From contig NC_042997.1 in NCBI RefSeq assembly GCF_006345805.1, positions 167,710,001 through 167,774,000 of the forward strand: a DNA stretch of 64,000 nucleotides, in the 5' to 3' direction. Each line of letters opens with the position of its first letter. Positions within the stretch are counted from its first letter, which is position 1. Source of the stretch: Octopus sinensis. Taxonomy: Eukaryota. Under the pieces are notes generated by a model. That model saw nothing but the letters and a program-made list of their open reading frames with translations, had not been told where the DNA came from and did no database searches. Both the position numbers and the translations under genes were made by a program. Shown here piece after piece: positions 1 to 13,500 of this stretch.

Positions 1-849
1 TATACAATGTTTTGTTCAACAGTAATATTTGTTTATATATCTAAATGTTAGAATATTAATTTTTATAAACCTTGTTTTGAACTAATTTTGTTATTCTACC
101 AATTTGCAAGTTTTTGGTTTGTTTAAATAATGATGTAATGTTGATTTGAGAATGTATTAACCTGAACCTTGGAGTAATCTACAAGCCTTTATTCTTTTAC
201 AGTTAATATTATAATTAGCCTTACATCATGTATTGAGTACTTTTTCATTGTGTTTTGATAAACACACACACACACACAAGACAAGGGATTATATAGAAAA
301 CCTAAATTTTTCACTGAGAGTTATGCTGTTGCTTTCTAGAAGTAGCAGTTAAATCTCCTTCAGATAATACCTACTGTGTTAAAAAAGAAAAGGGCACATT
401 AAATAATTTGTCCTATGTATCACTAAAAAGGAGAGATGGTCAAAGTTGGAATGCCTTTTAATTATAGACCTGCTCATTCAGGGTTTTCTTGAGCTTAAAT
501 AACAACTACAACAACCACACACACAGGAGGTAAAATAAACAAAGTCAAACTTACAGAAATATACTCAGACTGTTTATATTTGGCAAACATAAAATAAAAC
601 AATATTTATGTACAAACAATACATTAGATCCCTTGTGAATCATGCTAGCCTTGCTTGGGTCTCCTTAATCTTTGTACAGAAAATCCAAAAAGACAACAAG
701 GTATACAAAATAATGCCATTCACAACCTCACAGGTTATATATAAACTCCCAAAGACCACCTACTCAACTAAACAAAAATTACAATATATAAAGGACCACT
801 TTGACAAGTGAGGGGCCCAGTCTGTGTCTGCAGCAAGTTGCAACCACCT

Positions 850-1330
850 CTACAGTTTCTGCCACTAAGTTGATAATCACTGACAAATACTCCAGAACAC
901 TATATCTTGCACTCAGTCAAAATACTCAGCTATAACATTAATAGCTTCATTTGACCTGAACACCATGTTAAGATTGCATACAAGTGATTGTAAGTGCAAA
1001 GTAACAATACCTGTTGAATTTTGTCCAAGTCCATCTTGCCTACTTCTGCTGCGGCCATCACTAACATTTACAGGCGTATCAACCAACAAAAGTGTCTCTA
1101 CATGATCACTTGATTTACTAGAAATAGCAGCCTAATATATCTCAGTTCACACTGAACCATCATAGACAAGGAAGACACATGATGAACCTCCGTACGTCTC
1201 TGAATGTGCTCGAAATATCAGATCTTCTGCAAACCACATGTTATCATCTTCAAGAAAGAACATATTATGCATTGTTGCATTAATCTGTAAATCACACTTA
1301 GTTGTTGTAGTTAGAGTACTTACATGCAAT
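850..1330 (-). mobile_element. Degraded LINE (RTE-like) reverse-transcriptase remnant
   Basis: Minus-strand ORF 1147-1329 contains WFAEDLIFRAHSE, resembling the RT LFADDLxxxAHSE motif; no continuous frame. Confidence 0.35.
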
Positions 1331-1477
1331 GGGTCTGCTCTCTTACAGCTAACCAGGGGTTACATAACAAGTTTTTGCATTATAGAACTTGCTTTATGAT
1401 TTGGTAAAAATAAAGTCAGAAATTAACTCTTTAAAATATTTTTTGGTAATTATTATTTTATTTTTATACTTTTCCAG

Positions 1478-1585
1478 CATTGGAATGTATTCCAGCAAGT
1501 TCCTGAAGTATTCATTCTTGTACCAGCTTTGTTAGGTTTGAAAGGCAACCTTGAAATGACCTTAGCATCTCGGCTTTCTACACAG
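1478..1585 (+). CDS. SLC41A1: SLC41 exon ([36 protein letters not shown])
   Basis: ttccag acceptor, gtaaga donor, 108 nt, phase 0/0. Confidence 0.95.
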
Positions 1586-4500
1586 GTAAGAGTTACTTTG
1601 AAGAAGGTAGAAGTATCCCATATCAAAACAAAGCCTTACTATATCTTTCACTGATAGCTCTGAACTACTCAGACCAGTTGTTTACAGTGTGTGTGCACCA
1701 TGTATATTGTGCACTGTCTATAGTTAAGAGTTGTACTGTGATATTTTGATGCAAGTTAGAATATGATAAGATATATTAGAAAAAGTAATTGCATATGTAT
1801 TGGTGAAATGCAATGTGCATGTCCATCTCTGTTTTAAAACAATTTTAATATACATTTTCCATATAATAAAACTTTTAAAAAGCTAATGGCATGTTGTAGC
1901 AGTTTTAGCTCTTTATTTATTGTACTGGGAACTGAAAAATGTTGAAAATTGCTTAGTCTTGCCTGACTTTTGCAAACCATTCATTCACCATTCACTTCCT
2001 TAGCCCCCACCAGAATGCAGAGTAACTTGATCTTGTTTAATCCTTTAATCCTAATCTGGCCATATCTGGTCCACATATTGTTTTACATTAAAATTGACCA
2101 GATCCAAACTCTTACCCATACCCTACATTCTAAAAATATACAAACACACCATTGGAATCTTGAAGCTACATGATAATGTTTGATTAATTCAAATCAGTGT
2201 GAACAAATAAGTAATACATTTATTTGACAAAGAAATCTGAATGCTAAAGAACTAAGAACTAATTTAAATTGAAGTATAAATTTCCCTTCAACTAAGATGA
2301 AACACTAAATTCAAGAATAGCAAAATATGTTTGGTTTGTAAAATGAAAATCCTGTGGTACCCTGGGGTAAAGTTTACATAATAGTTTCAGATTTCCAGAG
2401 GAAATCTGAAAGATAAATGTTCTAATGCATGTATTAAGAACCAAATCAGTTATCTGCCTGTGAGTTTGAATCCAGGAAAAAAAGTCACAGTTACTTTTCA
2501 TCATGATCATCATCATCGTTTAATATTCACTTTCCATGCTGGCATGGGTTGGACGATTTTGACTGAGGGCTGGCGAACCAGATGGCTGCACCAGGCTCCA
2601 ATCTTGATCTGGCAGAGTTTCTACAGCTGGATGCCCCTCCAAATGCCAACCACCCCGAGAGTGTAGTGAGTGCTTTTTACGTGCCACCAGCATGGGGGCC
2701 AGTCAGGCGGTACTGGCAATGACCTCGCTCGAATCTTTTTACACATGCCACTGGCACAGTTGGTAACGATCACGCTTGAATGGTGCCCTTTTATGTGCCA
2801 TGGCATGGGGGCCAGTCAACTGATTTAAAGAGGTTTTCCATTTCATTGCTTTTATTTAGGTTATAGAATAAACATGATTGTTTTTCACATATATTGTCAG
2901 TTAATTAGTAACTTAAAATATTACTTGTTTAATTGCTTTAACTATTATTTATGTTATTTAAATAGCATTTAACGTCTTTCCTCATGACTTTATTTTCATT
3001 TTCTGCGAGTACAACTAAATTTGACTACCATTACTATAACTATATTTAAATACTTCTTAAATTAACAAGTGTTTGCCTTTTGGACTGTAGCTTAGTAAAA
3101 GCCTTAAAACTATGTAAAATAAAGGCTTGTGAGTTCAGTCCCAGCTGAAGCACTTGTACACAGATATCAGGCAACAAGAATAAGCAGTCATATATACCTC
3201 AAACATCTTAAAATATGAGGCGATGTAAACCTGACATTGTTCTAAGTTGCATACATATGCACTTGCATGTACATTTTGTAATTAGTGCACAAAAGGTTAG
3301 TGCCTAAAATAATGTGATAATTAATAATTATACATTAATTGCAGACAATTTTATCATTAGAGAAATTATTCTCGGATTTTAGTAAACATTGACTACTAAA
3401 AACATAGGACCTTGATGTATATCAGGCATGGGCAACCTTTTTACAAGAAATGGACCACATGGGACGTGGATCATCATCAGGCTGGCCACACTACTAAAAA
3501 ACTTCAAAGTACTCTTTCATTAGGCATGTCATTCAAAAAGTTTTGCTGCTGGCTGATATATAGAAAGATGGGATGGTCATGGCTAGATTGACCTGGTGTA
3601 AATATAATGCCTGTTGTTAAATAAGTATAGATTATACTGTCTAAAGTTTAGTGTTTCACTTAACAAAGTATGAGGTTAAAAGTCTAAAACTGTTCTACCA
3701 GTTCTGTCCTTCAGATTTCAACATTGAAGGCTGAATGTACTTTCCTTTTAAAACTAACAATTCCCAACAATGCCATATCTCTGTTGTGCAATATTGTTTC
3801 ACAATGTCTTACAATTATTCAATATTAAACATTTTTTTAAAGAACAGAGCTATTATGTTAGGTGCTGTCATACATATTTTTTACATAAATAAGTATAGTT
3901 ACTAATATTCCAGTAGAATTCTTTATGAATAATATTGAAAACATCATCATCCTTTAACGTCTGCTTTAAGAAACTCTTAAAAGGTGATGGATCTCCAAAG
4001 CTGGAGACTTTTCTGGATTCCATGCACAAAGTCACTGGACTATCATCATCATCATTTAACATCCGCTTTCCATGCTAGCATGGGTTGGATGATTTGACTG
4101 AGGTCTGGCGAACCAGATGGCTGCACCAGGCTCCAATCTGATCTAGCAGAGTTTCTACAGCTGGATGTCCTTCCTAATGCCAACCACTCTGAGAGTGTAG
4201 TGGGTGCTTTTACGTGCCACCGACACAAGGGCCAGTCAGGTGGTACTGGCAACGACCACGCTCATATGGTGCTTTTTATGTGCTGCCTGCACAGAAGCCA
4301 GTCCAGCAGCACTGGCAACAACCTCATTTTAATGTTTTTTCACGTGCCACCAGCACAAGTGCCAGTAAGGTGACGCAGGTAATGATCACGCTTGAATGGT
4401 GCTTTTTATGTGCTACTAGCACAGAAGCCAGTTTGTTGCTCTGGCAACGATCACGTTTGGATGGTACTCTTAACGCTCCACTAGCTTGGATGCCAGTCAT

Positions 4501-7500
4501 CGAATTTGATTTCGATTTCAATTTCACTTGCCTCAACAGGTCTTCGCAAGCAGAGTTTAGTGTCCAATGAGTTTAATTAGAACAAAATCAGTTGTGCAGC
4601 ATTTATTTATCTATCTATCTATTTATGGTTGTTGACAATCTGAATATCAGATTTTTTATGTGTTATGATTTCAGTTTAAGTGATATTATTTCTTGCTTTT
4701 ATTCTATTTGAGAATATCTGAGTTGGGGGTTTGACTTCATTAATTTCTGTTTATATATGATAAAAGGTTAATGATCACAAATGTTATAGAGGTATGTTAT
4801 CTGAAGGTCACTTTTTGCAACTTGATATAGAGCTGCTTAGTTTAATAACTGTAGTAGAGATATTAATTTTGATAAGTTTCAATAGAGTAGAAATGAAATT
4901 ACGTAAGCGTTGATAAAATTACTTATTTGGAAAATGGTAGTGATTGGCTGTTTTAAAAAAAAATATTAGTTGGTGTGTGTAGGTGAGTACTCTTAATTGT
5001 TATCTTTATGTAACAACTGTGAGGTCATTTACACTAAGGTGAAAGAGTAACACAGAAACTGAAGAGGAGTCTTGTTAATGACCCATGTGAATGAATCAGT
5101 AAATTAGTTTGCATCAGATAGTGAAGCTGATCCAGTAAGTGTGAGGTTGTGTAAGCTGAAAGTTGCAACAAGAACAGAGTCCAGTTAATTATGCTGTCAG
5201 TCAAATAGTAGCAGAATAGAATAGTCTGTGAAAAAAAAAATGTACTTTACTACTCAAACTGATATAAAGAATTGTCATAATGATTTTGAAAACTTTATTT
5301 ACTTTGTTCAAAAGTTGTTATATCAAGTAATTCTGTGCGAGGCAACAGCATGACAGCTGTTATGGGTTCCATGGGAAATTTATTAATCCCTCCCAGGTGT
5401 TAACTGTTTCTCTTGTCAATTTTTATGAAGTAAAGTATTTAATCTACCACAGTTAATAGGCCTTCTGTTTCCATCTTGATGTGTTGATTTTATTACTTTC
5501 AATATTTGCCTTCCAATGTCTTTTGTGTATTTCATAAACCAAGTATACTTATATACTTAGGTATGAGAAACTTACATACTCCGCATACTTACCGAAATTT
5601 TTTTTCACTGAAATTGTTCAACAAATGTTCATATCAATTATGAATTGCTTGGCGATTCATATAAGGCGGCGAGCTGGCAGAAATGTTAGCACGCCGGGCG
5701 AGATGCTTAGTGGTATTTCGTCTGCCGTTACATTCTGAGTTCAAATTCCACTGAGGTCGACTTTGCCTTTCATCCTTTCAGGGTTGATAAATTAGGTACC
5801 AGTTACGCACTGGGGTCAATGTAATCGACTTAATCCCTTTGTCTGTCCTTGTTTGTCCCCTCTATGTTTGGCCCCTTGTGGGCAATAAAGTATGAATTGC
5901 TTGGGCTATGATATATGTCTACACAGTAAAAGAATAAATAGATAACTTTAACTTATAGTATAATTTCCAGTATAATGGATTTGTGAGATTTTACGTTGTA
6001 ACAAATCCCTCTCCCATTGCACACATACCCCCCCCCCTCTTTACACATATCTTTATAAAGTGCTTAAGAAGTACAAAATATTACTTAAATTCTGTCAGCC
6101 TATAGTTAAACTCTTGGGAAATTCTAAACACACATGGACATCCGTTTTTGAAGATATGAGCATCTACATATGTGTGGTACTTTCTATAATGTTTCCACTT
6201 TGTTACTGGGTTGAAGTAACTTTAGCACCATATATATTTATAGTTAGAAAGTAAGTTCATATAAAACTGTTTTAACCATATCACATCCTTGTAATATATA
6301 CTCTTACTCTAGATTCTCAAAATTATTTGATACTCCTGATGGTAGATTTATTTCATGCCCCTGGTAGAAGCTCTGTTTCATAACCTTAACCCTTTCATTA
6401 CTGTATTTATTTTGAGATGCTCTGTGTTTCTTTCAATTACTTTAAATATAACAAAGAATTTAGTAAAATAACTTAGTTATCATTCAGCTAGTATTAGGAA
6501 CATAAATTGTGACTAAGGTTTGGTGGAAGATTTTAATTCAAAACTTAAGAAAACAAGACATTTGTACTCAGAGCCAGAGCTGGTTTCAGCCGGGTTGGTA
6601 ACGAAAGGGTTAAACATAGCTAAATTTTCCTGGTATAGAATACCTGTAAAAATATGAGAGCGTCACAGGAGTTAGATGAGATGGTTATTTATAACATATA
6701 CTATAATGTGATTTATACCATATACTATAAGGTGAGATATAATATATACCATAACAATTTCATCTCAATTTATGATATTGTTTCCAGGTTTAAAAACAAA
6801 AACAGAAAAGCAATTTTATAGTTAGTATATATTTTAGATTGTATTTTCTAATTTAAAATACTGTTAATGTGCCTCTAAGTATTCCTTTGCTTTTTTTCAG
6901 ATCTTTAATCGTTTCTTCTGTGAGAACTAATATTTTTATCTCTTGCCTAACTATTTCTTCTTAGTTCATCTTATGTTTGATGTACCTTTTGTCCAGTATC
7001 TTCCATTATCATTTTTGATTACAGCTTCACCTGCATACATCACCTATTAACCTTGTATTCACCTGACATTCCAGCTTTAAAATGGTATCATAAATGATAC
7101 TATTTTATATTATACCTTGTTCATTTTGAAGATAAATGCCATTGCTGTAAAAGAATCTCTTTTGATGAAGCACATCTTAAAAATCTGTCTAAATCTCTGT
7201 TTCGTTTCAGTCTAACTTAGGAAACATGGAAACGAAGAAGGAGCAACTGAAGATGATTGGAGGTAACATAGCCTTAACTCAGGTAAATTACAAAGATTTT
7301 TTTGTTTGTTTTCTTTTATCCTTTTATTTGTTTAAGTCATTTGACTGCAGCCATGCTGGAGCACCACCTTTAGTTGAACAAATCAACCCCAGGATTTATT
7401 CTTTGTAAGCTTAGTACTTATTCTATTGGTCTCTTTTGCTGAACCATTAAGTTACAGGGACATAAACACACCAACATAAACAGGGACATAAACACACACA

Positions 7501-10500
7501 TACGATGGGCTTCTTTCAGTTTCTGTCTAACAAATCCACTCACAAAGCTTTGCTTGGCCCAAGGCCATAGTAGAAGACACCTGCCCAAGGTACCATGCAG
7601 TGAGACTGAACCCGGAACCATGTGGTTGGTAAGCCAGCTTCTTACCACACAGCCATGCCTGCACCTTTTTTTTTTTTTATGTAATAGATCTTAACGATTC
7701 ATTGGTATGTCTCCATTTGTGTTCACTTGTGTGCTCAACTGTTAGCATGTCCTCTTTGATTTCCAAAATTACTTTACATTCTATATCATTTTACATTCAG
7801 TTATCCTTCAACAGAAAATAAATCATTCGACAGTGGCAGAATTTTCAGTTTCTTTGCAGCATTTTATTTTCACAGGATCAAAGTTTCAGCAATTGCATGA
7901 TTCTCAAGACAATTTTATAGGTAGTACATATGCTAGCACCATTTTGCTGATACACCTGCCCACTCTGATCAAATTGCATATATCCTACCCAAAATATGGT
8001 TGTTCTGTATATGCTAGATCAGAATGATTAGCTCTAAAATATCTTATGAAGTTTGGTTTGATAGAACTTTGACACACAGCTTTGTTTTCCAAGTCCTTTC
8101 ATTCCTTTTTCACATTATTGAAACCAAATTCTGTTGGGTGTATATTTTAGCTGTTAGTTGACTGATTATACAGGCAGATACTCCAAATTCATCTTGGAGT
8201 ATTAGAACAGTATTATGCATTACTGATCTCATCAAAAATATTTTTTGTTAATCATTTCAGCAGAATTTTTTAACCAATGCACAGAAATTTTATGAAAATA
8301 TAAGGTTTCATGATGTTCAGAGCTTGCTGGCTTCTAAAACAAACAAACAAAAAAAAACAATTTGGTAAAGGAAGCAGTCAAAATGGTGAATAGTTATAAA
8401 TGAATCAAATCCTTTTTAATATACAGTGATGACACATGACACCTGTATGCCAGGTTTACTAAGACACATGAGTTGGCATTTGACTGGTTGTGATTACTTT
8501 GAAATTTCAGTGTTTTTATAAACTACATACATTCACAATTTCTCTTCTATGTTAGGGGTATGAGTAACTTAGTTTGAGAATGCCTGCTCTATAGAGTAAA
8601 ATGGCAAGTTATATGAAAGCTAATTAGTTACTTACTAAGACTAATTAGCATATCTAAAAATGAGAAAGATCATACAATGACATTGCCTAAATGCTGTCTC
8701 TGATAATGTTATTTTTTCATCAGACTACAATTGATAATCTTTATATTTCATTTTCTAGGCCCAAGCCATTGTTGTTGGGTTTCTTGCCTCCTTGGTTGCT
8801 ATGATTATGGGATGGATACCTGAAGGTAAATTTAACCCCTACCATGCACTACTGCTGTGTGCTAGCAGCATGCTAACTGCATCTATAGCTAGTTTTATTC
8901 TAGGTAAGGTGATTTTTCATCACTCTTTTTAATTTCTTTTTTACTTGTCTCAATTTTTAAGATAATTTTTATTGTTTCTTTTTTTTTTAAGTTTTCTTTA
9001 ACACATGTATACACAAATGTATTTATATACATTCACATGTTTCTTGTATTTGTTTGTGCTGTAAATATTTTAAAATCTCTTCCTCCTCCTTTTCTGCTCA
9101 TATTCAATAGAAGGGCATAAAGTTTCTATATTTGTAACTGAGAAAGACTATGATACTGTTTCAATTTGAAATATATACACATATACACTGGCACACACAA
9201 ACACATTATATAAATACATACACATACTCCAATGAGCATTTCATCAGTGCTACTTATCTTGTTGAGTCATCAAAGACCATTGATAACTTAGTATTGAAAT
9301 GACTGAAAGACACCAACAAGATATAAAGATTATCACACATGATATGTCAGCAAGCAACATTTAATGTACACATATAATGTATGATTGTGTTAATGTCCTC
9401 TTTTTCATTTTCAGATGGGTCAGATAATTTTGTCATGCAGAAAATTGCCTTATTTTAATCATGTCTCTCCCAACCTACCTACACAAACCACCGACCTTCC
9501 TACATGCAACTTGCCCTTCTATCTCACAGCCTACTGTCACTCATTAGTCTTTCACCCATTGTCCATACCTCCTTCTATGCCCCTATTGTTCATCTTTCAA
9601 TCACTTCCTTCACTGTACTGTACTCTAGATCTCATCTGACCACCAAATATATTTCTTCTAGTGTAACTAAGGATGCTACCATAACTATCAGCTCATCTCC
9701 ACTATTCATTGGTTGATGGACAAACAGGGAAAAGTGTAAAAGAACATTGCCAATTACATTAATAAATTATTTGAGTATCACTGCTTTGTATAATACAATC
9801 TACAGGGGTTGGAGAAAATAATGGAAACACCTTAAAATTTCAAAAAAATTAATTTTGATATGGAGTAGGACCACCTTTGCAGTAATTACAGCTTGAATTC
9901 TATGATGTATAGAGTCGCAGAAAGTTTGAATTGTTTCCAAAGGAATTTTTGTCCATTCTTCAGCTAAAACAGTCTCCAGTTTTTGTAGTGATGATGTTGG
10001 AGGAAATCGACTTCTTACATGTTTTTCTAAAATGCACCATAAATGTTCAATAATATTGAGATCTGGGGAATGTGGTGGCCAGATAAGATGTTCAACTTCA
10101 CTAAAATGTTCCTCATGCCATTCAGTAACAACTTTAGCTGTGTGAATTGGTGCATTATCATCCTGAAAGATTGCATTTCCCTTCAGAAACAGTTCCACAA
10201 GCATAGGATGAATTTGATCAGATACAATGCTTAAATAGTCTTGACTATTAATTCTGCCAGGAAGGGAAACCATTGGGCTGGCAGATTTCCAAGATATAGC
10301 CCCCCCCACCACCACCACCAGACCATCACAGGTCCTCCATGTTTAACAGTTGGAAGAAGGCAGTCTGGGTCAAATGCTTCTTTTGGCTGTGTCCACAGAT
10401 ATACATGGCCGGTGGTTGGAAATAAGGTAAAGGATGACTCATCCAAGAAAATAACATTCTTCCACTGCTCTAGGGACCAATTCTATTGGTTTTTACTCCA

Positions 10501-13500
10501 CTCTAAATGCTTTGCAACGTTTGTTTTAGAAAGTAATGGTTTTCTGGTTGCAGCTCTCCTATGAAATCCGGCTTTGTGCAGCTCCCAGTGAACAGTTTTG
10601 TGGAAACTGGGTTCTCGAGGTGGTCATTAAGCTCTGCAGTAATTTTGGGAGGTGTACTTTTGTGATCCTTTCTAACAATTTGCATAAGAGTCCAACGGTC
10701 CCTATCTGAAAGTTTTGGTTTCCTTCTGGAGTTTTGTTTCGATGAGGAGGTTTTTCCTTCTTTCTCAAAGGCTGTCATTACTTTCAAGACAGTACTTCTT
10801 GATATACCAAACATTTCAGCTGTTTTTGTTACACTAGGGCCTGCCATACAAACAATTTAATAGATATTTCAAAATTATGATGCTAGGTGTTTCCATTATT
10901 TTGTCCAACCCATGTATTTGTTGATAGCACTATACAAACTTCATGAAGTCCTATAACAATACTACTCTTACTTGAACAATGAACTAGCAATTTCATAAAA
11001 TTTATGGAGTTACCATCTCAATTTGCCAAAATATTTCAGTATATTTCCAAAATATTAGTGTTGGAATCAGAATATTAAAATTAACAAGTGAGCCTCCTAC
11101 AGCTTTGGCCATTCAAATAACAACCACCAAATCAACCATCTGCTGCTTTTCACATAAATGTTTGGAATAAATTCTGGGTTATTTTTCCCAACTTTTACCT
11201 TGTTCTGTAATATAAATAGCTCACTTCTCGATTATTTCAATATTTAATTTTCATTTGAAAGGCTTCTAGAGCAGTTGTATTGTTTAATTAAAACATAGAA
11301 TGGGAAGCAAACCTAAAAGTATTTTACTGTCTCTTAATTCATCCTGACTTGAAAATAGTAGTACAATGTTGACATTGATTCAACTGTCTATATCTTTTTC
11401 CTATTTCTAATCAGTATCCACTCCATAGAAATTCTTTTAAATTTATTTGTATGCAGAGATGCAGCACAAAGTTTTGTCAGTGAACAGGTCATGGTCTCAG
11501 AGCGACGAAAATATTTTGACAAATTAAATTTAAATGTTGAAGTGAATCTAACGGTTTTGTGTGTTTCTTAAATGGCTTATAAACGCCTTCTACACTGCAA
11601 TTGTATTTGTATGTAATAATCTGCTTACCAACCATAAATATATGCTATTTTTTTCATGCAGGGTCTGTAATGGCTGCTTTAATACTCTTGTCCAAAAAAT
11701 GTCACATAAATCCTGACAATGTCGCCACTCCAATAGCAGCCAGTCTAGGGGATCTTACAACACTGTCTTTATTGTCTACTATTAGTCATCTTCTTTATCA
11801 TTCAATTGGTACGTCAATATTTCTCTCTTTCTTTGCTTTGTTGTTGTTGATGTTGCTGCTGCAGAAATGGAGCACCAAATAAAATTAAAACCTTGCATTA
11901 TTAAGTTTCATTCCATGGCATTCTGTACCCAACTTTGCTTTTCATTCCCTTCAGGGTTGCAAAAATAAATACTAATTATACAGAAATACTAGTCATGACT
12001 TAATTGATTATACTCATTCTCTAAAGTTAAAAATTAATATTAATGGTTCCATTTTAGTGGCAAGGACCATATAGCAGCAGGTTAAGGTTCTTACCTTTCA
12101 ATTCCTAATTGAAGCTATTCCACTTGACTTATATTATCAGGTCATCCCATAAGTTCTGTCCAAATTTTGAATAAAGAAAACAAGTGATCAAATGTTATAT
12201 TTAATTGAAATTTAATCACCAGTCTACTTTCCCTGATTATATACGACTTCCTTCCATCTATTTACAATCTTTTTAATCCCATCAATGTAAAACTCTCTTG
12301 GTTTCAAAGCGAAGAACTCTGAAATGTCAGTTTTGACCTCCTCCTGGTTTGCGAAAGTTATGTCCCCCAAATGATTCTGTAAACTATGAAACAAATGGTA
12401 GTCTGAAGGGGCAAGGTCGGGAGAATAAGGTAGATGATGAATTTTTTCCCAACCAAGCTCTTTGATCTTCTGTGATGCGATTTTTGCAGCATGGGGTCGC
12501 ACATTGTCCTGATGAAACATCACTCCTTTTCGATTCATTATAGTGGGTCTTTTTTTCTTCAAAGCTTGGCTCAAACGCTCTAATTGCTGACAGTAGATTG
12601 AGCATTGATTGTTGCATTAGGTGGTAACAATTCAAGGTGAATTACTCCTTTGCAATCCCACCAGATAGAGAGAAGAATCAGTTGTGGTTGAGCTTTTTCC
12701 CTTTTACCAAGCCACTGTTTACAATGTTTAACATTTCGATAGAAGATCTATTTTTTGTCACCAGTCATAAGTCTATCTAAAAAGGGTGAAATGAGTTCGC
12801 GAGAATGGAGAGAGGAGCAGATGTCAACTTGGATTTGTGGTTGCTTTCAGACAATTCATGAGGCATCCATTTTCCAAGTTTAGGAACCTTTCCAAGTTGT
12901 TGAAGATGACGATGAACAGTTGTATGGTTTGAACTAAGCTTTATTGCTACTTCTTCAACTGATAATGCAGGATTTTCTTCAAGTAATGCCTCTAGGAGCT
13001 TATCATCAAACTCAACTGGACGTCCTGTTCAATCTTCATTTTCAAGGCTGAAATCTCCACTTCTGAATTTTGCAAACCATCTTCTGCAAGTTCTTTCATT
13101 CAAGCATTCTTTCCCATAAACTGAGTGTATGTTTCAAGTCGCTTTGGCTGCAGAGTTTTTTTTTTTTTTGTACTCATAAAGCATTATGTACTTTAAATGC
13201 TCTTTGGATACTTCTATGTTAGAAAGGGTTTTAATCAAAGAAATTTTAATTCTGTTATTCTGTAAAATAATATTTGATTAGTTTAAATGTACACAAATGC
13301 ATAAAAAGAATTTCAAATTCCATTAGACATTTTAAAATATTATTAAATTTCATTCAATTTAAAAAAAAGTAAAATCGGACAGAACTTATGGGATGACCTA
13401 ATACTAATTATATTAAGGCAGGGTATGCTTTTCCTACTTTCTCAACTCCTCTATAGCCTATTGCCTATGTCAGAAATCCTTGTTTTATTCACAGGGTCGT

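Noticed and set aside
9415-9716. Cryptic SLC41 exon (strong acceptor followed by ATG)
   Set aside because: No family similarity; flanking exons already join in frame with an expected sequence.
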